A DNA stretch of 59,691 nucleotides from a virus (lineage: Duplodnaviria > Caudoviricetes): positions 1-59,691 of the IMG/VR virus record IMGVR_UViG_3300030330_003594; one strand, written 5' to 3'. The notes under the pieces were generated by a model. It was not told where the DNA came from. It saw only the letters and a program-made list of their open reading frames with translations, and did no database searches. Made by a program: the position numbers and the translations under genes. Position 1 is the first letter of the stretch, and each line of letters starts with the position of its first letter. Shown one piece after another: positions 21,001-30,669 of the stretch.

Positions 21001-23292
21001 ATGAACGACATCAACAGAATCAATTTTTTGTACGCCCCCATGTCTATTTCTGTGATCGAAATAAACAATGCCAAATTCATGAGTGGCACCCGCCTTGAAA
21101 GATATCGATTGACCCTCAGACACATAGTCGATGTTTGAGCTGACATTGAACCCTTTGAAAACGTGATTGATAGCCTTTACTACACTATGCGTCGCATCTC
21201 TGAAATCCTTAATGCTCTTGCCCGCAGCGTTCAAAAATGATGGCCCACCAAAGCTTGATGGATCTAACTGGAGCTGATTGTAAATCACGTTTCCAGAGAC
21301 ACCGCCAAGGCCAGACGCCACGTCAAACTGCGCATCGACATCCGTGACATTCAAGTCCACTTCCTCAACACGCAATCTGAAGTCTACTGTTTGTGTTGCT
21401 TCGTTGTATACGCCGCCAAAAATTCTAAACCTCACAACGCCATCAAGTCCAAGCAAAAATTGTGTGAGTGCCGTGTTGGGCGCAAGGTCAGTTAGCGACC
21501 CTGTAGTAAAGCGTGTTTTTTTGCTTCGAGTTGCGACAAAAACAGATGTCTCTTGTCCATTCAGGGCGTTGATAACCTTGTCTGCAAACTGCTCTTGAAC
21601 AGTAAGATCTGAGCCGCCATCTATACCATTTACATTGGAGCTTGATGAAAAACTCAGTGGCTGTGATCCCGATTGTTGCTCAAATGTAAAAGACCTTCTA
21701 GTTGTCTGTGGTGACTCCCCTCCAGAATTGTAACCCAAGGGCCTCAACAATTCACCCCTAATTTCGGTCGGCGGAAGGCCAGCAAGATTTTGTTGTTCAG
21801 CCAAAGTCAAAGGAGTGATGGCTTCTCCATTGGCTGCAACACCATCAGAAAATGTGATGGTGTGTTCAAAAACCATGTTTTCGCCACCAAACGACGCAAT
21901 GCCAAGGGTAGAGTAATCAATGGTGAGATCAATATTCAAAACACCAGCCTCGAGAGATGTGAAATCACTTAATTCAGACACATCAATAGAAAAGCCACTT
22001 TGTCCTGCATTGCTATTGAAAGACACCAGCCTGGGGTTTTCGTCATTCGCATCAACAATGTTTTCCCCATCTGGACTTAGGCCAAGAGCGTGACGAAACT
22101 TTTCATTGTTTGTAACGCTGGCTCCATCTCCTGGAAAATTTTTCAGGACAGGGTAAGTGTTCTGGTCCAGTGTAGTGGACGTCTGTAAGCCCCTGTCTGA
22201 TGCTGGCAGGTTGAAGTTGTCTGGCTCAGGGTGATACACAGGAGTGGCCCCCACCTGTACATTATCTAAGTTGTCAAATCCCTCTAGATAGTTGCCGTAG
22301 AAAAGCCTGTTGTTGCTGACGGCCTGCGCAAAAGCCTTGCGAGGGACAGCGTCAAACATCTTGAAAGCCTCTTGGTCGGGCAACAAAGTGTACACCCCGT
22401 CGTTCGCAAATGGGATTGCGGCAGGGCTGCTAGGTCTGTGCGGGATCTCAGCGATACGATAGAAAGCCTGATCGTTGTTTCTACGCACAAAGACTCTGAT
22501 CTTTTCTACAGGGCCATCGCTGCCCTCCATCTTTAAGATCAGTTTGTTGTTTCTATCACGCAAGAAGTTTTGCGCTGGCACATTGAAGGCTCTGTTTGTA
22601 GTGCTGACAGCCAGCTCGGAGTATGGCGACAGGGCGCTTAGCTCACCGTCGTCATAGACATACTGATAGGCAAACTGAAAGCAATTGTTTTGCAGATTGT
22701 TGAACTTAATGTCAGGATCGTCTACAAACGTAAATGTGATGGGCGTTTGTGGTGGTTGCTTGCACACCGACACAAAGAGTTCTTTTTGAACATCGGTGCC
22801 CGAGGTAAGCAAAGAGTGGTAGCCATTGGTCAACGCTCTTGTAGCGTTGATCTTCCTGGGCTCATTTCTGTTGTCTGTGAAATACAGCAGGTGGTCACCA
22901 AACTGATTGATTACCACGTCGGCCTTGACGAACATCTCAGGATGAAACCCCAAGAAAGAACCCTCTAGAACCTTGTGATACTTATCTGTGTTATGACGGT
23001 ATTGGTAGATACCGTGATTGCCATTACCATTCGAGAGGAAGAAATAGATGCAGTTGCCCGCCTCTGACGACACAGCCCCAACGATCTTGTTGGTACCAGC
23101 GCCAGGAATAGAGTCTGAAGAGCTGGCCGAAGCAATCGCAGTATTGCCCTTTACATTTTTAAGCACACCCTGGTTCCCATCATCGTCTGTAGAGACTCTG
23201 ATGTTGAGGGCGTTTGACATCTCCACCTCCTTCAGAAGCCTTGGGTCTTCATCTTTGTTGAGGTACTGAGGGATAAGCTTATCAATAGCCAT
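18088..23292 (-). CDS. Tail muzzle/stabilization protein (crAss-like, P22 gp10 analog)
   Basis: N-terminal LNKDEDPRLL...ALNIRVS...GVLKNVKGN, LYFTDNRNEPRKIN, FAYQYVYDDGELS, NRLFYGNY; beta-rich; synteny. Confidence 0.8.
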   Translation of the reverse strand: MAIDKLIPQYLNKDEDPRLLKEVEMSNALNIRVSTDDDGNQGVLKNVKGNTAIASASSSDSIPGAGTNKIVGAVSSEAGNCIYFFLSNGNGNHGIYQYRHNTDKYHKVLEGSFLGFHPEMFVKADVVINQFGDHLLYFTDNRNEPRKINATRALTNGYHSLLTSGTDVQKELFVSVCKQPPQTPITFTFVDDPDIKFNNLQNNCFQFAYQYVYDDGELSALSPYSELAVSTTNRAFNVPAQNFLRDRNNKLILKMEGSDGPVEKIRVFVRRNNDQAFYRIAEIPHRPSSPAAIPFANDGVYTLLPDQEAFKMFDAVPRKAFAQAVSNNRLFYGNYLEGFDNLDNVQVGATPVYHPEPDNFNLPASDRGLQTSTTLDQNTYPVLKNFPGDGASVTNNEKFRHALGLSPDGENIVDANDENPRLVSFNSNAGQSGFSIDVSELSDFTSLEAGVLNIDLTIDYSTLGIASFGGENMVFEHTITFSDGVAANGEAITPLTLAEQQNLAGLPPTEIRGELLRPLGYNSGGESPQTTRRSFTFEQQSGSQPLSFSSSSNVNGIDGGSDLTVQEQFADKVINALNGQETSVFVATRSKKTRFTTGSLTDLAPNTALTQFLLGLDGVVRFRIFGGVYNEATQTVDFRLRVEEVDLNVTDVDAQFDVASGLGGVSGNVIYNQLQLDPSSFGGPSFLNAAGKSIKDFRDATHSVVKAINHVFKGFNVSSNIDYVSEGQSISFKAGATHEFGIVYFDHRNRHGGVQKIDSVDVVHFGDVDRNGNEGRTEVDLRIEHDPPYWATKYAPVYSKNTSYEKILQISVLEAGLPRTETYDDPLSDGGNISRPIIDALGTTSGSDPDGLIYLSMRSLEGKTNSYNESKGANLEYEYQEGDVLRVLRYKDSDGNTVRPMHEFKISSYKRYIDNEENPIKLFADSDQASDTTYRRTGFFLGIRDQDIPGFNKVDVAAGSDFFTNDCIVEIFRPKLRVENQVFHEVGKTFDIVVAGGRRTHGGDRSNTTQVSLTTLVASATSFTSATRLFVGDRLTPAAIVQDATDVFVTGIQPQSDGTFLYTIDEAFPFPDAAIPSSFTSTVATTVGALDSVFPGCITLDTGDVHLKLREILTNPTNSSTDQSDETKPGDQIYKNFIIEDESVSDFFESKAVDIGRPHIETPDQIEQVRSSSVTYSDPFALDSAVLALSSFNPSLFPFKDYNTQHGDICFLLDRNEALMVMQENKISKTPVSRVLIESAAGGQLVTSTNVLGTPTYYAGNLGPGLQPESVVENFGRVYFVDVARAAVVQLSSEGIDLLSSKSMMSHFQTLFSGIKAIDQRPFVPCGYDPDNEELIITSPQVDRMGLSFPVDEGLVLSSAKKPASGTRINTDAQGHVLFEKGGRDTWDLGETKWEVLDLNWEVSGQGVIYVDKLGDIGSVYLDSSLRNSTDNITVKAVTSTGSHVATGSVSARDSSLTLPTSFTRQSDKGSVGMTKTSLSSAINAETSAYSTTKGVWLTFYSFIPEMYARLHDKFFSFKDGVIYKHNSNATRNNFYGSQADSQVSVASRKNPSDVKVYNAMSLEGNKAWKAVVSNSTQTTGASSMQASEFDEREGMFYRVIAKDATASSTSNSSHKVVLGQVASVDGRKITFTTKVSNLPFGIGDTLFKLESSSETSLSVTLASVSGRKEITASDTVTGLTAGDTVMAVSDDDINGDKIRDYYAQVDLTNTDTAAVELYAVNLSYSSSPLHNDK

Positions 23293-24101
23293 CAGTATTT
23301 GGGTGCTTGCTTGAAGTTCTTACGGATGGTCTTCAACGCCTCCTCTTTGCTGAACGCTTTGAGTCGAGCGTTGGCCTTACGTCTCTCGTTGTAATACTCT
23401 TGACGTGCCCTATTCTTTTCCATCATGGGCACGCTGCTTTTGCGCTCAATGATCTTGTAGTAGATAAAGCATCTCAATGCCTCCTCCGCCTGCACGTGGA
23501 TGGTAGGGTTCGAAGACCGTGCTTCATCAGCGATGTATTCAATCACCACCTCGGACACTCCGCTGTTGACGGCAAGCTCAATCCTGTTCTGATCGAGGTT
23601 GAGTCTGTACTCACCCTCGTAGAATCCGCCACCCAAACCGTAGATCTGACCGATGTTGTTCTGGTAGATGTAGTTTGAGAACACGATGAAGTCGTCAGCA
23701 CCAAACACACCGCCTGTAGAGAACCCCGTCTTGGCATCCTCCCTGTCGTTGACTCCGTCGCTGTCGCTGTCAATGACATTGCCCGCTGTGTCGGTCTTGT
23801 ACTTCTGTGAGTAGTTGATGTTCTTGTTTTCGCCAAAGACGTGAACCAGGCCATCCTGTCCTACGATGCCGATCTTGATGAGGTCTACAAAATCGTCAGG
23901 CAACGCCACCGTGTTATTGGCTCCCGCAGACAGCTTGACAGAGCGCACACGTTGCAACACATCGAACCCCATCTCTCTGATGCCTCGCAGGGCATAGTTG
24001 TGGATCAGCGTGTCCGACGCATTGTTGGCGTAATCATCACCTTCCAAGGTGAGGATGTAGTCGTTAACGACCTCTGCTACTGTAACTAAGTTTCTTGCCA
24101 T
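23292..24101 (-). CDS. Tail ring/tubular structural protein
   Basis: VALPDDFVDLIKIG and VVIEYIAD motifs; between adaptor and muzzle genes. Confidence 0.7.
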   Translation of the reverse strand: MARNLVTVAEVVNDYILTLEGDDYANNASDTLIHNYALRGIREMGFDVLQRVRSVKLSAGANNTVALPDDFVDLIKIGIVGQDGLVHVFGENKNINYSQKYKTDTAGNVIDSDSDGVNDREDAKTGFSTGGVFGADDFIVFSNYIYQNNIGQIYGLGGGFYEGEYRLNLDQNRIELAVNSGVSEVVIEYIADEARSSNPTIHVQAEEALRCFIYYKIIERKSSVPMMEKNRARQEYYNERRKANARLKAFSKEEALKTIRKNFKQAPKY

Positions 24102-24108
24102 CTATCTA

Positions 24109-24837
24109 TCACTTTTGGGACTCAGCGTTGGAGTAGTTGTATACGTCAGCGTCACGCAGATTCACACCCACCAGCTTGCCAAGCTCAAAGACCAACTCCG
24201 AGGTGTAGTGCTCAGGAAGTTCAAAGTCCACGGATGTAGAGGCATTGTACGCCTCCTTACCGTTGGACAATGTAAACCCGAACTTAGGCAAAGAGACGGT
24301 GCGGGCATTGGTCGTGGGGTTCAAGCCCTCGGGCTGCTTGTAGTAGCGCACGCTAATGCTAGATATAGAGGTAGGGAACACCTCGAAGTTATCGCTCATC
24401 AACACCACTGGCCGTGAGCGACTAGGAGCTGACAGAGTGCTCAAAAGAACTCTGTCCAGCTTCTCTTCGTCGTAGATTACGTCAGCCATGACGCTGTTGG
24501 TTACACCCAACAATCTATCTCCGCCTGTCTTGATGTTGATGAGACGGGCGAAGTCATCAGGTCTGGCGAAGACGCCGTTGGTCTTTGGGATGGATTCTGT
24601 CTTGGCAAAGACACCCAAGTCCTCTTTGATCTGCTTGATGCGAGACTTGTCTCGGGCAGGGTCGATGTTGCGACGCCGCATATTCTCCGCTGCGGTCAAC
24701 TCGTCGAACAGCTTGTTGAAGATGTTCATCTGAGCGATGGGCGCAAAAGAGTTGAACTCTGTCGGTGTTACAAACCCACGTTCGTCCTTATTTGCCAGAT
24801 CGTTAAGTGCGTTGTATACCTCTCTTACGCTTGCCAT
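24109..24837 (-). CDS. Head-tail adaptor/tail ring protein
   Basis: ANKDERGFVTPTEFN, RYYKQP and DFELPEHY motifs; synteny. Confidence 0.7.
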   Translation of the reverse strand: MASVREVYNALNDLANKDERGFVTPTEFNSFAPIAQMNIFNKLFDELTAAENMRRRNIDPARDKSRIKQIKEDLGVFAKTESIPKTNGVFARPDDFARLINIKTGGDRLLGVTNSVMADVIYDEEKLDRVLLSTLSAPSRSRPVVLMSDNFEVFPTSISSISVRYYKQPEGLNPTTNARTVSLPKFGFTLSNGKEAYNASTSVDFELPEHYTSELVFELGKLVGVNLRDADVYNYSNAESQK

Positions 24838-24858
24838 ATCGTAGTTATATCAATATAG

Positions 24859-24866
24859 CAAATATA
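24859..24866 (-). promoter_or_regulatory. TATATTTG -7 promoter box
   Basis: Matches Bacteroidota TAnnTTTG; 21 nt upstream of the 24837 start; directly after a terminator. Confidence 0.75.
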
Positions 24867-24869
24867 AGA

Positions 24870-24891
24870 AAAAGGGCCCGAAGGCCCTTTT
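24870..24891 (-). terminator. Intrinsic terminator
   Basis: AAAAGGGCC-CGAA-GGCCCTTTT perfect hairpin with UUCG loop and U-run on the minus strand. Confidence 0.85.
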
Positions 24892-24912
24892 CACTTGAGA
24901 CGCACCAAAACG

Positions 24913-25764
24913 TTAGGCGATTGCTTGGAGCTGCCTGTCAATCTCTGACAGCACCGAGGCGCCCTTGTCTGTCATCACAAAACGTGTCAGCGTATCGACG
25001 GCATCCTGACCAACAGGTACGGACAAGATCATCTTTCCTGTATCGGCCCATACGATAGCGCCACCTTTTTGCGTTACAATCTGGAAGTCCATAGCCTGCA
25101 TCACTGTCGTTCTTGCATGCACCATAGGGTTGTCAAACATGCCCATGAACTTCGTTGGGTTCTTCTTGGCGTATTGCACAAGAGCTCTTTTGAGCTGCAA
25201 ATCTTTTTGATCTGTATTGATGTTCAACGCCATAGCGACAGGAAGAAGTTCATCGATAGGTCGAGCCTTAATCATCGTGATGGCATCGGTAATAAGGAAC
25301 TCCTTTTCTACTTCCTTCTCAACATCGATTTCTTTATTGACCAGTTGGAAGACCCCGCCTCCGTTGTCGGCATTTTCAGGGTGTTTTTCCAAAAAGGCAA
25401 TGAGATTCGGTTGATCATATCTCACTGTCAGCATCTTGTTTCTGAATACAACATGCTCTTTAACAGCGTTTTCTGATTGCTCATCGACGTAGATAGACTG
25501 CTCTCCTGGGCAGTAACGAATCTGCCTTACTGATCCTGTCTCTTCGTCATATACATTGATGCCGTCGCTTTTAAGTTTCAAAAAGATGCCACCACGACCA
25601 CCCAATGTTTCATACAGCTTGGGCAGCTTGTTCTCATCAGGAAGATTTCTTTTGACAGTTCGTTTCTTGGCTACAGGCTTCTTTGCTGTGGGTGCCTGGG
25701 GAGCTTCTGTCTTCTTGCGTGTTACGGGACGGCCACGCTTAGCCGCTGGTTGATCCTGTGTCAT
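24913..25764 (-). CDS. Conserved hypothetical protein of the head-gene cluster
   Basis: Start reassigned to MTQDQPAAKRGRP because the longer ORF runs through a promoter and terminator; RQIRYCPGEQSIYVDEQ motif. Confidence 0.7.
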   Translation of the reverse strand: MTQDQPAAKRGRPVTRKKTEAPQAPTAKKPVAKKRTVKRNLPDENKLPKLYETLGGRGGIFLKLKSDGINVYDEETGSVRQIRYCPGEQSIYVDEQSENAVKEHVVFRNKMLTVRYDQPNLIAFLEKHPENADNGGGVFQLVNKEIDVEKEVEKEFLITDAITMIKARPIDELLPVAMALNINTDQKDLQLKRALVQYAKKNPTKFMGMFDNPMVHARTTVMQAMDFQIVTQKGGAIVWADTGKMILSVPVGQDAVDTLTRFVMTDKGASVLSEIDRQLQAIA

Positions 25765-25788
25765 ATTGAATAATGTATTTAACTGTAA

Positions 25789-25796
25789 CAAATATA
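25789..25796 (-). promoter_or_regulatory. TATATTTG -7 promoter box
   Basis: TAnnTTTG match upstream of the 25764 start, after a terminator. Confidence 0.75.
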
Positions 25797-25800
25797 AGGC

Positions 25801-25830
25801 AAAAGAAAAAGGCCCCCGAAGGAGCCTTTT
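25801..25830 (-). terminator. Intrinsic terminator
   Basis: AAAAGGC.CC-CGAA-GG.GCCTTTT hairpin with long U-tract on the minus strand. Confidence 0.8.
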
Positions 25831-25848
25831 CATTAGAAATATATCGGA

Positions 25849-26763
25849 TTATGCTGGAGCAGAGTTCAAGTGGTTTTGAGGAGCTCCGAACAATCTAATA
25901 ATAAACTTACCAGCAGTGTATGCATCATCCGTGTTACCTCCCTGTATCAGATACAGCTTATCAAGTTGAATCCCTCCCGCTGGCATGGTAAAAGCCGTTC
26001 TAAGGCCCCTGGTTTGCGTTGCAGGAGTGACGAGTGTATGACCGCCACCGCCCGTAACAGCATTAGCATCAGGGGCAACATCAGCAGTGTTTGCGGCGAT
26101 GCCAATAGAAGTGTCGCCACCAGTGGGAGCCTCAACACAGATCAACTCACCTGCATACACGATGCCGTTAACACCATAGCTTACGCTTGTAAAAAAGGCG
26201 GGATTAGAATTGGTGGCGATACCAAGAGCATCATTTGCGGTGGTGCCAGAGCTAATCCCTCGTGCCTCAAGATCGATAAAGATGCTAGTTGTGATCTCAC
26301 CGTTGATCTGACCCACAAGACCAGTGTTCGCAGTATATGCAAGGGTGCTAAAACCAGCACCTGGATCTGTAGCACTTTGGGTGATTGCCCTGGAAGCAAT
26401 AGGCAAATTCAAAATAATTTTAGTATGCTCAGCAAAATTTAGACTGACGTTGCTTAACCTATGGTCAGCGTACTCTCCAGTAGAGTTATCTCCTAGAACT
26501 ATAGTAGGCTCTTTGGAGTAGTTGATCTGATTTACGATACTCTCCATGATCTCCCTAGGATCAGAATCGGCGGTGCGAGACATAACCACATCAAGGGTGT
26601 CAGTCTCCACTGATTCCTTGAAGTACATTTTAAAATTACTAGCACTCGTGACCTCCATTCCAGCGGAGGTCGATACAGGAACCGTGGTGGCGCTGACTTC
26701 GGTAGGCCCACTAACAGCAGCACCATCAGCGTTGAGGTATAAGAATTTTTTGTTTGGATCCAT
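25849..26763 (-). CDS. Putative capsid-associated protein: N-terminal KFLY domain plus beta-rich C-terminal domain
   Basis: First ~110 aa resemble the two upstream small genes; C-terminal YTAGKFIIRLFG domain. Confidence 0.6.
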   Translation of the reverse strand: MDPNKKFLYLNADGAAVSGPTEVSATTVPVSTSAGMEVTSASNFKMYFKESVETDTLDVVMSRTADSDPREIMESIVNQINYSKEPTIVLGDNSTGEYADHRLSNVSLNFAEHTKIILNLPIASRAITQSATDPGAGFSTLAYTANTGLVGQINGEITTSIFIDLEARGISSGTTANDALGIATNSNPAFFTSVSYGVNGIVYAGELICVEAPTGGDTSIGIAANTADVAPDANAVTGGGGHTLVTPATQTRGLRTAFTMPAGGIQLDKLYLIQGGNTDDAYTAGKFIIRLFGAPQNHLNSAPA

Positions 26764-26771
26764 GATTTCTA

Positions 26772-27089
26772 TTATGTAAGGCTGAGGCCTGTAGTTTCGA
26801 CCGCCGTAATGTCTCGATGAATAAACTCATTGTTTATCTCATCCGCAATAACAATAAAAGGTCTTTTGCTGGTTCTGATAGCATCAGTTATAGCATCCAT
26901 AACCTCTTTGTTTTTGTTTGTATTGGTGGTGATTTTCATTGCCACCTCCGTTCCAATTCCGTCTTGGACATCCTTGAACTCAAAAGTAATACCCTCGCTA
27001 TCGGAGTCAGCCTTCATCGCTCTAAGCAAATCAGTAGGCATACAAGCAGCGTCACTTAAGCTGTTTGCAAAGTATAAATATTTAAACAT
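26772..27089 (-). CDS. Small putative capsid-associated protein (paralog of 27195-27542)
   Basis: KYLYF...KEVMDAI...PFIVIAD. Confidence 0.65.
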   Translation of the reverse strand: MFKYLYFANSLSDAACMPTDLLRAMKADSDSEGITFEFKDVQDGIGTEVAMKITTNTNKNKEVMDAITDAIRTSKRPFIVIADEINNEFIHRDITAVETTGLSLT

Positions 27090-27138
27090 CGTAGTTATTT
27101 CTTTTAGCTGAGGCTTGTCCCCACCTAACTGTTAATGT

Positions 27139-27177
27139 AAAAAAGAGAAAGTGGGGAGAGCCATTCTCTCCCCCTTT
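27139..27177 (-). terminator. Intrinsic terminator closing the capsid transcript
   Basis: GGGGAGAG-ccatt-CTCTCCCC stem with U-rich tail on the minus strand. Confidence 0.75.
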
Positions 27178-27194
27178 CCAAGTTAAACTACCTG

Positions 27195-27542
27195 TTATGC
27201 TGCCGCAGTAACAGTGATAACGCATGCAGTCACATCAGAATGTGCAAACACACTGTTAGAGCCATCAGACACAACAACAAATGGATCTGTTCCAAAAGTG
27301 ATTTTATCAGAGATAGCCTCGATAACCTCCTTGTGTTTATTCTCAGTGATTGTCAAAATCACCTTGTCAACGGCTGCGATATCTGCACCGATACCCAACA
27401 AGCTTTCAAAATGCATCTCAAGTTCAGTGGTTGTCCCATTTGCCTTGAAGCCTCTAAACTTAGAGGTTGGAACGCAGTAAGCATCATTGTCCGCATTAAA
27501 GATACCGTCTGTTTGCTGCATGAAGTACAAAAACTTTTCCAT
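27195..27542 (-). CDS. Small putative capsid decoration protein
   Basis: Directly after the major capsid gene and before its terminator; KFLYF...KEVIEAI...PFVVVSD. Confidence 0.65.
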   Translation of the reverse strand: MEKFLYFMQQTDGIFNADNDAYCVPTSKFRGFKANGTTTELEMHFESLLGIGADIAAVDKVILTITENKHKEVIEAISDKITFGTDPFVVVSDGSNSVFAHSDVTACVITVTAAA

Positions 27543-27568
27543 GTTTTCTAGGTTCTTTCAGTTAATGA

Positions 27569-29011
27569 TTAGGAACCTTGGATCAGAACGTGCTGGTTAG
27601 CAGCTCTAGTCACGAGGCAACACTCAGAACGGTAGTGGAACTTAGCAACGTCTTTTGTGTCGTTGGTGAAACCAAGGACGCCACCGCCAGTCACCCAGTG
27701 CTCCATCTCACGAGAGTATCCTCCAGCAGCTTTGTAGTTCAACTCCAAAGCGGGAGCTCTCTCACCTGAGCGTGGATCAACCACATTAGCCAAAGGAATC
27801 ATGACACCAGCGCACAATCTGTTCGCCACGTCAGTATTTCCGAGCAAGGTTGGATCGTTCAAGAGCTTGAAGCTGTTCTTGTGGAAAGTGTATCCACCAC
27901 GAGAGTAAGACTTGAAACCGAGGTTCAAAGCCATATCTCTGTCGTTGTTGAACGCTCCATAGCTTGAAGCCACACCAGCAGTCACGCCACCGCCTGAACC
28001 TGCACCACCAATCATGTCGTCGAGCAACAAGTCTTGCTGGGTGTTAGAGTACACAGCGTATTCAGCAGGCGCACCGTTCTTGTCGAGCTCTCTGATCAAG
28101 AGATCGAGATCTGACAAACCAGCTTGACCAATCAAGGTGCTGCTCACGATACCTCTGTCTTCCAATGCTGAGAAGTAACCCTCAGTACCGTCGATAGAAG
28201 GAAGATCAGCGTTGGTGTTGTCAGCCTCCTGGCCCAAGAGCATCACCATCTCACGCTTGTCCAAGAAACGCTGACGGGTGTCCATCTCGCTCTTGATGTA
28301 GTAACGGTAGTCACCACCGCCCACATCGATGTAGCCGATGTTGGTGGCCTGTGAACCAGACACCTCATACGACTCCTTAACGATGGCGTAAGGGTTGGTT
28401 CTCTTCACCACGTTAGACTCGAGGAACTCATCAGGCTGATCAGAACCCTGAGCAAACATGTTACCGATGATTGGCATAGAGACCTCATCACCGTCTGTGA
28501 TAGCCACAACCAGTCCTGAGTTTTTCAGGGGCACTGCGGTAAACTCACCGCCAGAGCTTCCAGCACTGTCCTCGTTGACGACAACAATTCTGTCAACACC
28601 GTTCAACAACAAGATATCTCCGTTACGAACGATTTTTTGCTTGCTTGTAGCGTCAGCGAATGATCCATCGGTGTGCTCCAACATACCGTCAAAAGTGATG
28701 GTTGTTTTCGCACCTACTGCGGTTGTAGAATCAACGACAGCAGTTTGCACTTGGTGCAAACGAGCTTCCTCGAAGAACTGCACGTTGTCAGCGGTACCGT
28801 TGTTTTTGATAGCGCCTGTCATTTCCAAGAATCCAGAAATACCCTGAGCTCCGAAAGTTTTAGTGAGCTGGGACCGAACGTCTGGGGCGTTGACATCCTT
28901 GATGAAGTCAAACAACGAAGTGTACTTCGTTGGATCGGTTGGTCTGTACAGGTTGTTGTTGATGCCCTTGGGAGCACTGCTAAACGTACCTGTGCTTTGT
29001 GAAATAGCCAT
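27569..29011 (-). CDS. Major capsid protein
   Basis: 480 aa; follows the acidic scaffold; FLDKREMVML, ALNLGFKSYSRGGYTFH, HYRSECCL patterns typical of Bacteroidota phage capsids. Confidence 0.82.
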   Translation of the reverse strand: MAISQSTGTFSSAPKGINNNLYRPTDPTKYTSLFDFIKDVNAPDVRSQLTKTFGAQGISGFLEMTGAIKNNGTADNVQFFEEARLHQVQTAVVDSTTAVGAKTTITFDGMLEHTDGSFADATSKQKIVRNGDILLLNGVDRIVVVNEDSAGSSGGEFTAVPLKNSGLVVAITDGDEVSMPIIGNMFAQGSDQPDEFLESNVVKRTNPYAIVKESYEVSGSQATNIGYIDVGGGDYRYYIKSEMDTRQRFLDKREMVMLLGQEADNTNADLPSIDGTEGYFSALEDRGIVSSTLIGQAGLSDLDLLIRELDKNGAPAEYAVYSNTQQDLLLDDMIGGAGSGGGVTAGVASSYGAFNNDRDMALNLGFKSYSRGGYTFHKNSFKLLNDPTLLGNTDVANRLCAGVMIPLANVVDPRSGERAPALELNYKAAGGYSREMEHWVTGGGVLGFTNDTKDVAKFHYRSECCLVTRAANQHVLIQGS

Positions 29012-29030
29012 TTTTGTTTAGATAGAAAAA

Positions 29031-30089
29031 TTAGACATTAAACGTCATTCCTCCCCCACCTCCGAGTGCCTTCAAAAGCTGTTCCGACAACTGCGTATTC
29101 GAGTCTGGCTGTGTTCCAACGTCTGGTCGTGAGGCGTCAACATTTGCTGCCGTCTGCACTACACCTCTCTTGCCATCGCTCAACCCTTGGTTGTAGATGG
29201 AAGAGATGATGCTGTCTACGTTGTCGATCAACGCCCTGTGAGCGTTGAGCTTGAAAAAGTCCCACGAGCCATCCTCTGCAATGTAGTCGTCGAAATAGTT
29301 TTCGATGTTCGAGTTTCTGTTTACTAGCTGAGCCCTGTAGTCATCGTCAACCCCGAACTTGAACGTTTCGTCCGTGCCAGGGAGTTCGAACTCCAGATAA
29401 CCAAACTCGTTGGTCGTTCTCTGCATGGTATTCAACCACTCTTCGTCGATAGGGGAACCGACGTCGTCACGAGAGACATCAGGAGCCATATAAGAATCTC
29501 TTAGATCGCTAATTTGTCTCTTCGCCTTTTCCGCATCCATCTTGAGCTCTAGCTTCGACAAACGAATCTCGTCCTCAGTGTGTACATCCTCATCGAGTTT
29601 GTACTTCCTTCCAATCAAAAGATTGACCTCTTCAGGTGAAAGGCTAGGGTGGTCGGCAGTCATCTGGAGTCTCATCACTGACATGTCATCCATTTCGGAA
29701 GGGTCGAGCGATTGATATTTGTACCAGTCTTCTGGTGACCGCCCCGTTTCGAGAACGAACTTGTTGATCGCACTAACACGCTCATCAATTTCTACGGGTG
29801 TATATGATAGCGCCTCCGAGATGTCGTCGTAGCTTCCGAAGTTCCTCCCCAGCCTTTCGCTTAGGAAGGACAACACTTCAGCATCGACATCGATCTCTTC
29901 GGACGTCGTATCCTCATTTACGGGCTGCTCCACAGTCTCTGGCTCAGCTTGTGGCTGAGCTTCGACTGGTGCGGCCTCTACTTCTGGCTGAACCTCTTGT
30001 TGCGGTTCGGCCTGGGTATCGGGCGTGGGAGGAGTGTCGCTGATGGCGAATCCCGCCTGTCCCAATGCTTCTTCTACTTCCTTACTCAT
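29031..30089 (-). CDS. Putative scaffolding protein
   Basis: Very acidic with disordered E/P/Q N-terminus; immediately upstream of the capsid gene. Confidence 0.65.
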   Translation of the reverse strand: MSKEVEEALGQAGFAISDTPPTPDTQAEPQQEVQPEVEAAPVEAQPQAEPETVEQPVNEDTTSEEIDVDAEVLSFLSERLGRNFGSYDDISEALSYTPVEIDERVSAINKFVLETGRSPEDWYKYQSLDPSEMDDMSVMRLQMTADHPSLSPEEVNLLIGRKYKLDEDVHTEDEIRLSKLELKMDAEKAKRQISDLRDSYMAPDVSRDDVGSPIDEEWLNTMQRTTNEFGYLEFELPGTDETFKFGVDDDYRAQLVNRNSNIENYFDDYIAEDGSWDFFKLNAHRALIDNVDSIISSIYNQGLSDGKRGVVQTAANVDASRPDVGTQPDSNTQLSEQLLKALGGGGGMTFNV

Positions 30090-30104
30090 ATCTGTTAATT
30101 TTTA

Positions 30105-30665
30105 TTAGTATTCAAATGTTAAAATAATCCTGCAACTATCTGTCGCTGGAAAGGACGGAGATGTGCTAATGCCATCAATCGTGCCCACCATAAAAACAGT
30201 GTGTCCGGGGTTGATGCTGGTCACCGTGGTGTCCTCCATCAAGGGAAACTCTGCTCCATCTACACCCTGCTCCCCAATGTGTGCGATGTGATACACCTGT
30301 GGAGAGTGGAAGCCTACCTGATTTCCATTCACCCCCTCGACTTCTTTGTTGCTGATCTGCAAGGACGCCATCCAGCCCATCTCTCTCCTACGGACATTGT
30401 TCGGAAAGTTATCCGCACTATTGCAGCTACTTCCTGCCGCACCAAAATAGGTTCTGTCGGAGGTAGCCGTTTTTTGAAAGAAGTGGATTGCACATTCGTC
30501 CTCGTTCAAGTCAGCCGTGCTTGTGTCATCTACAATGAAGAAGCCACTCACCAAACGAACACTTTGTGCAGGAAGCTGCAACTCGACAGCATCAAACAAT
30601 ATCTGGTCGCTGCTGTACGTTCCTGTTGAAACAACTACGGGTTGTATGATCGTCTTGAAAGCCAA
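30105..30665 (-). CDS. Paralog-array protein 5 (TTG start), unknown function
   Basis: LPAQS, ECAIHFFQ, GHTVFMVGTIDG, ends FEY. Confidence 0.8.
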   Translation of the reverse strand: MAFKTIIQPVVVSTGTYSSDQILFDAVELQLPAQSVRLVSGFFIVDDTSTADLNEDECAIHFFQKTATSDRTYFGAAGSSCNSADNFPNNVRRREMGWMASLQISNKEVEGVNGNQVGFHSPQVYHIAHIGEQGVDGAEFPLMEDTTVTSINPGHTVFMVGTIDGISTSPSFPATDSCRIILTFEY

Positions 30666-30669
30666 CTTC

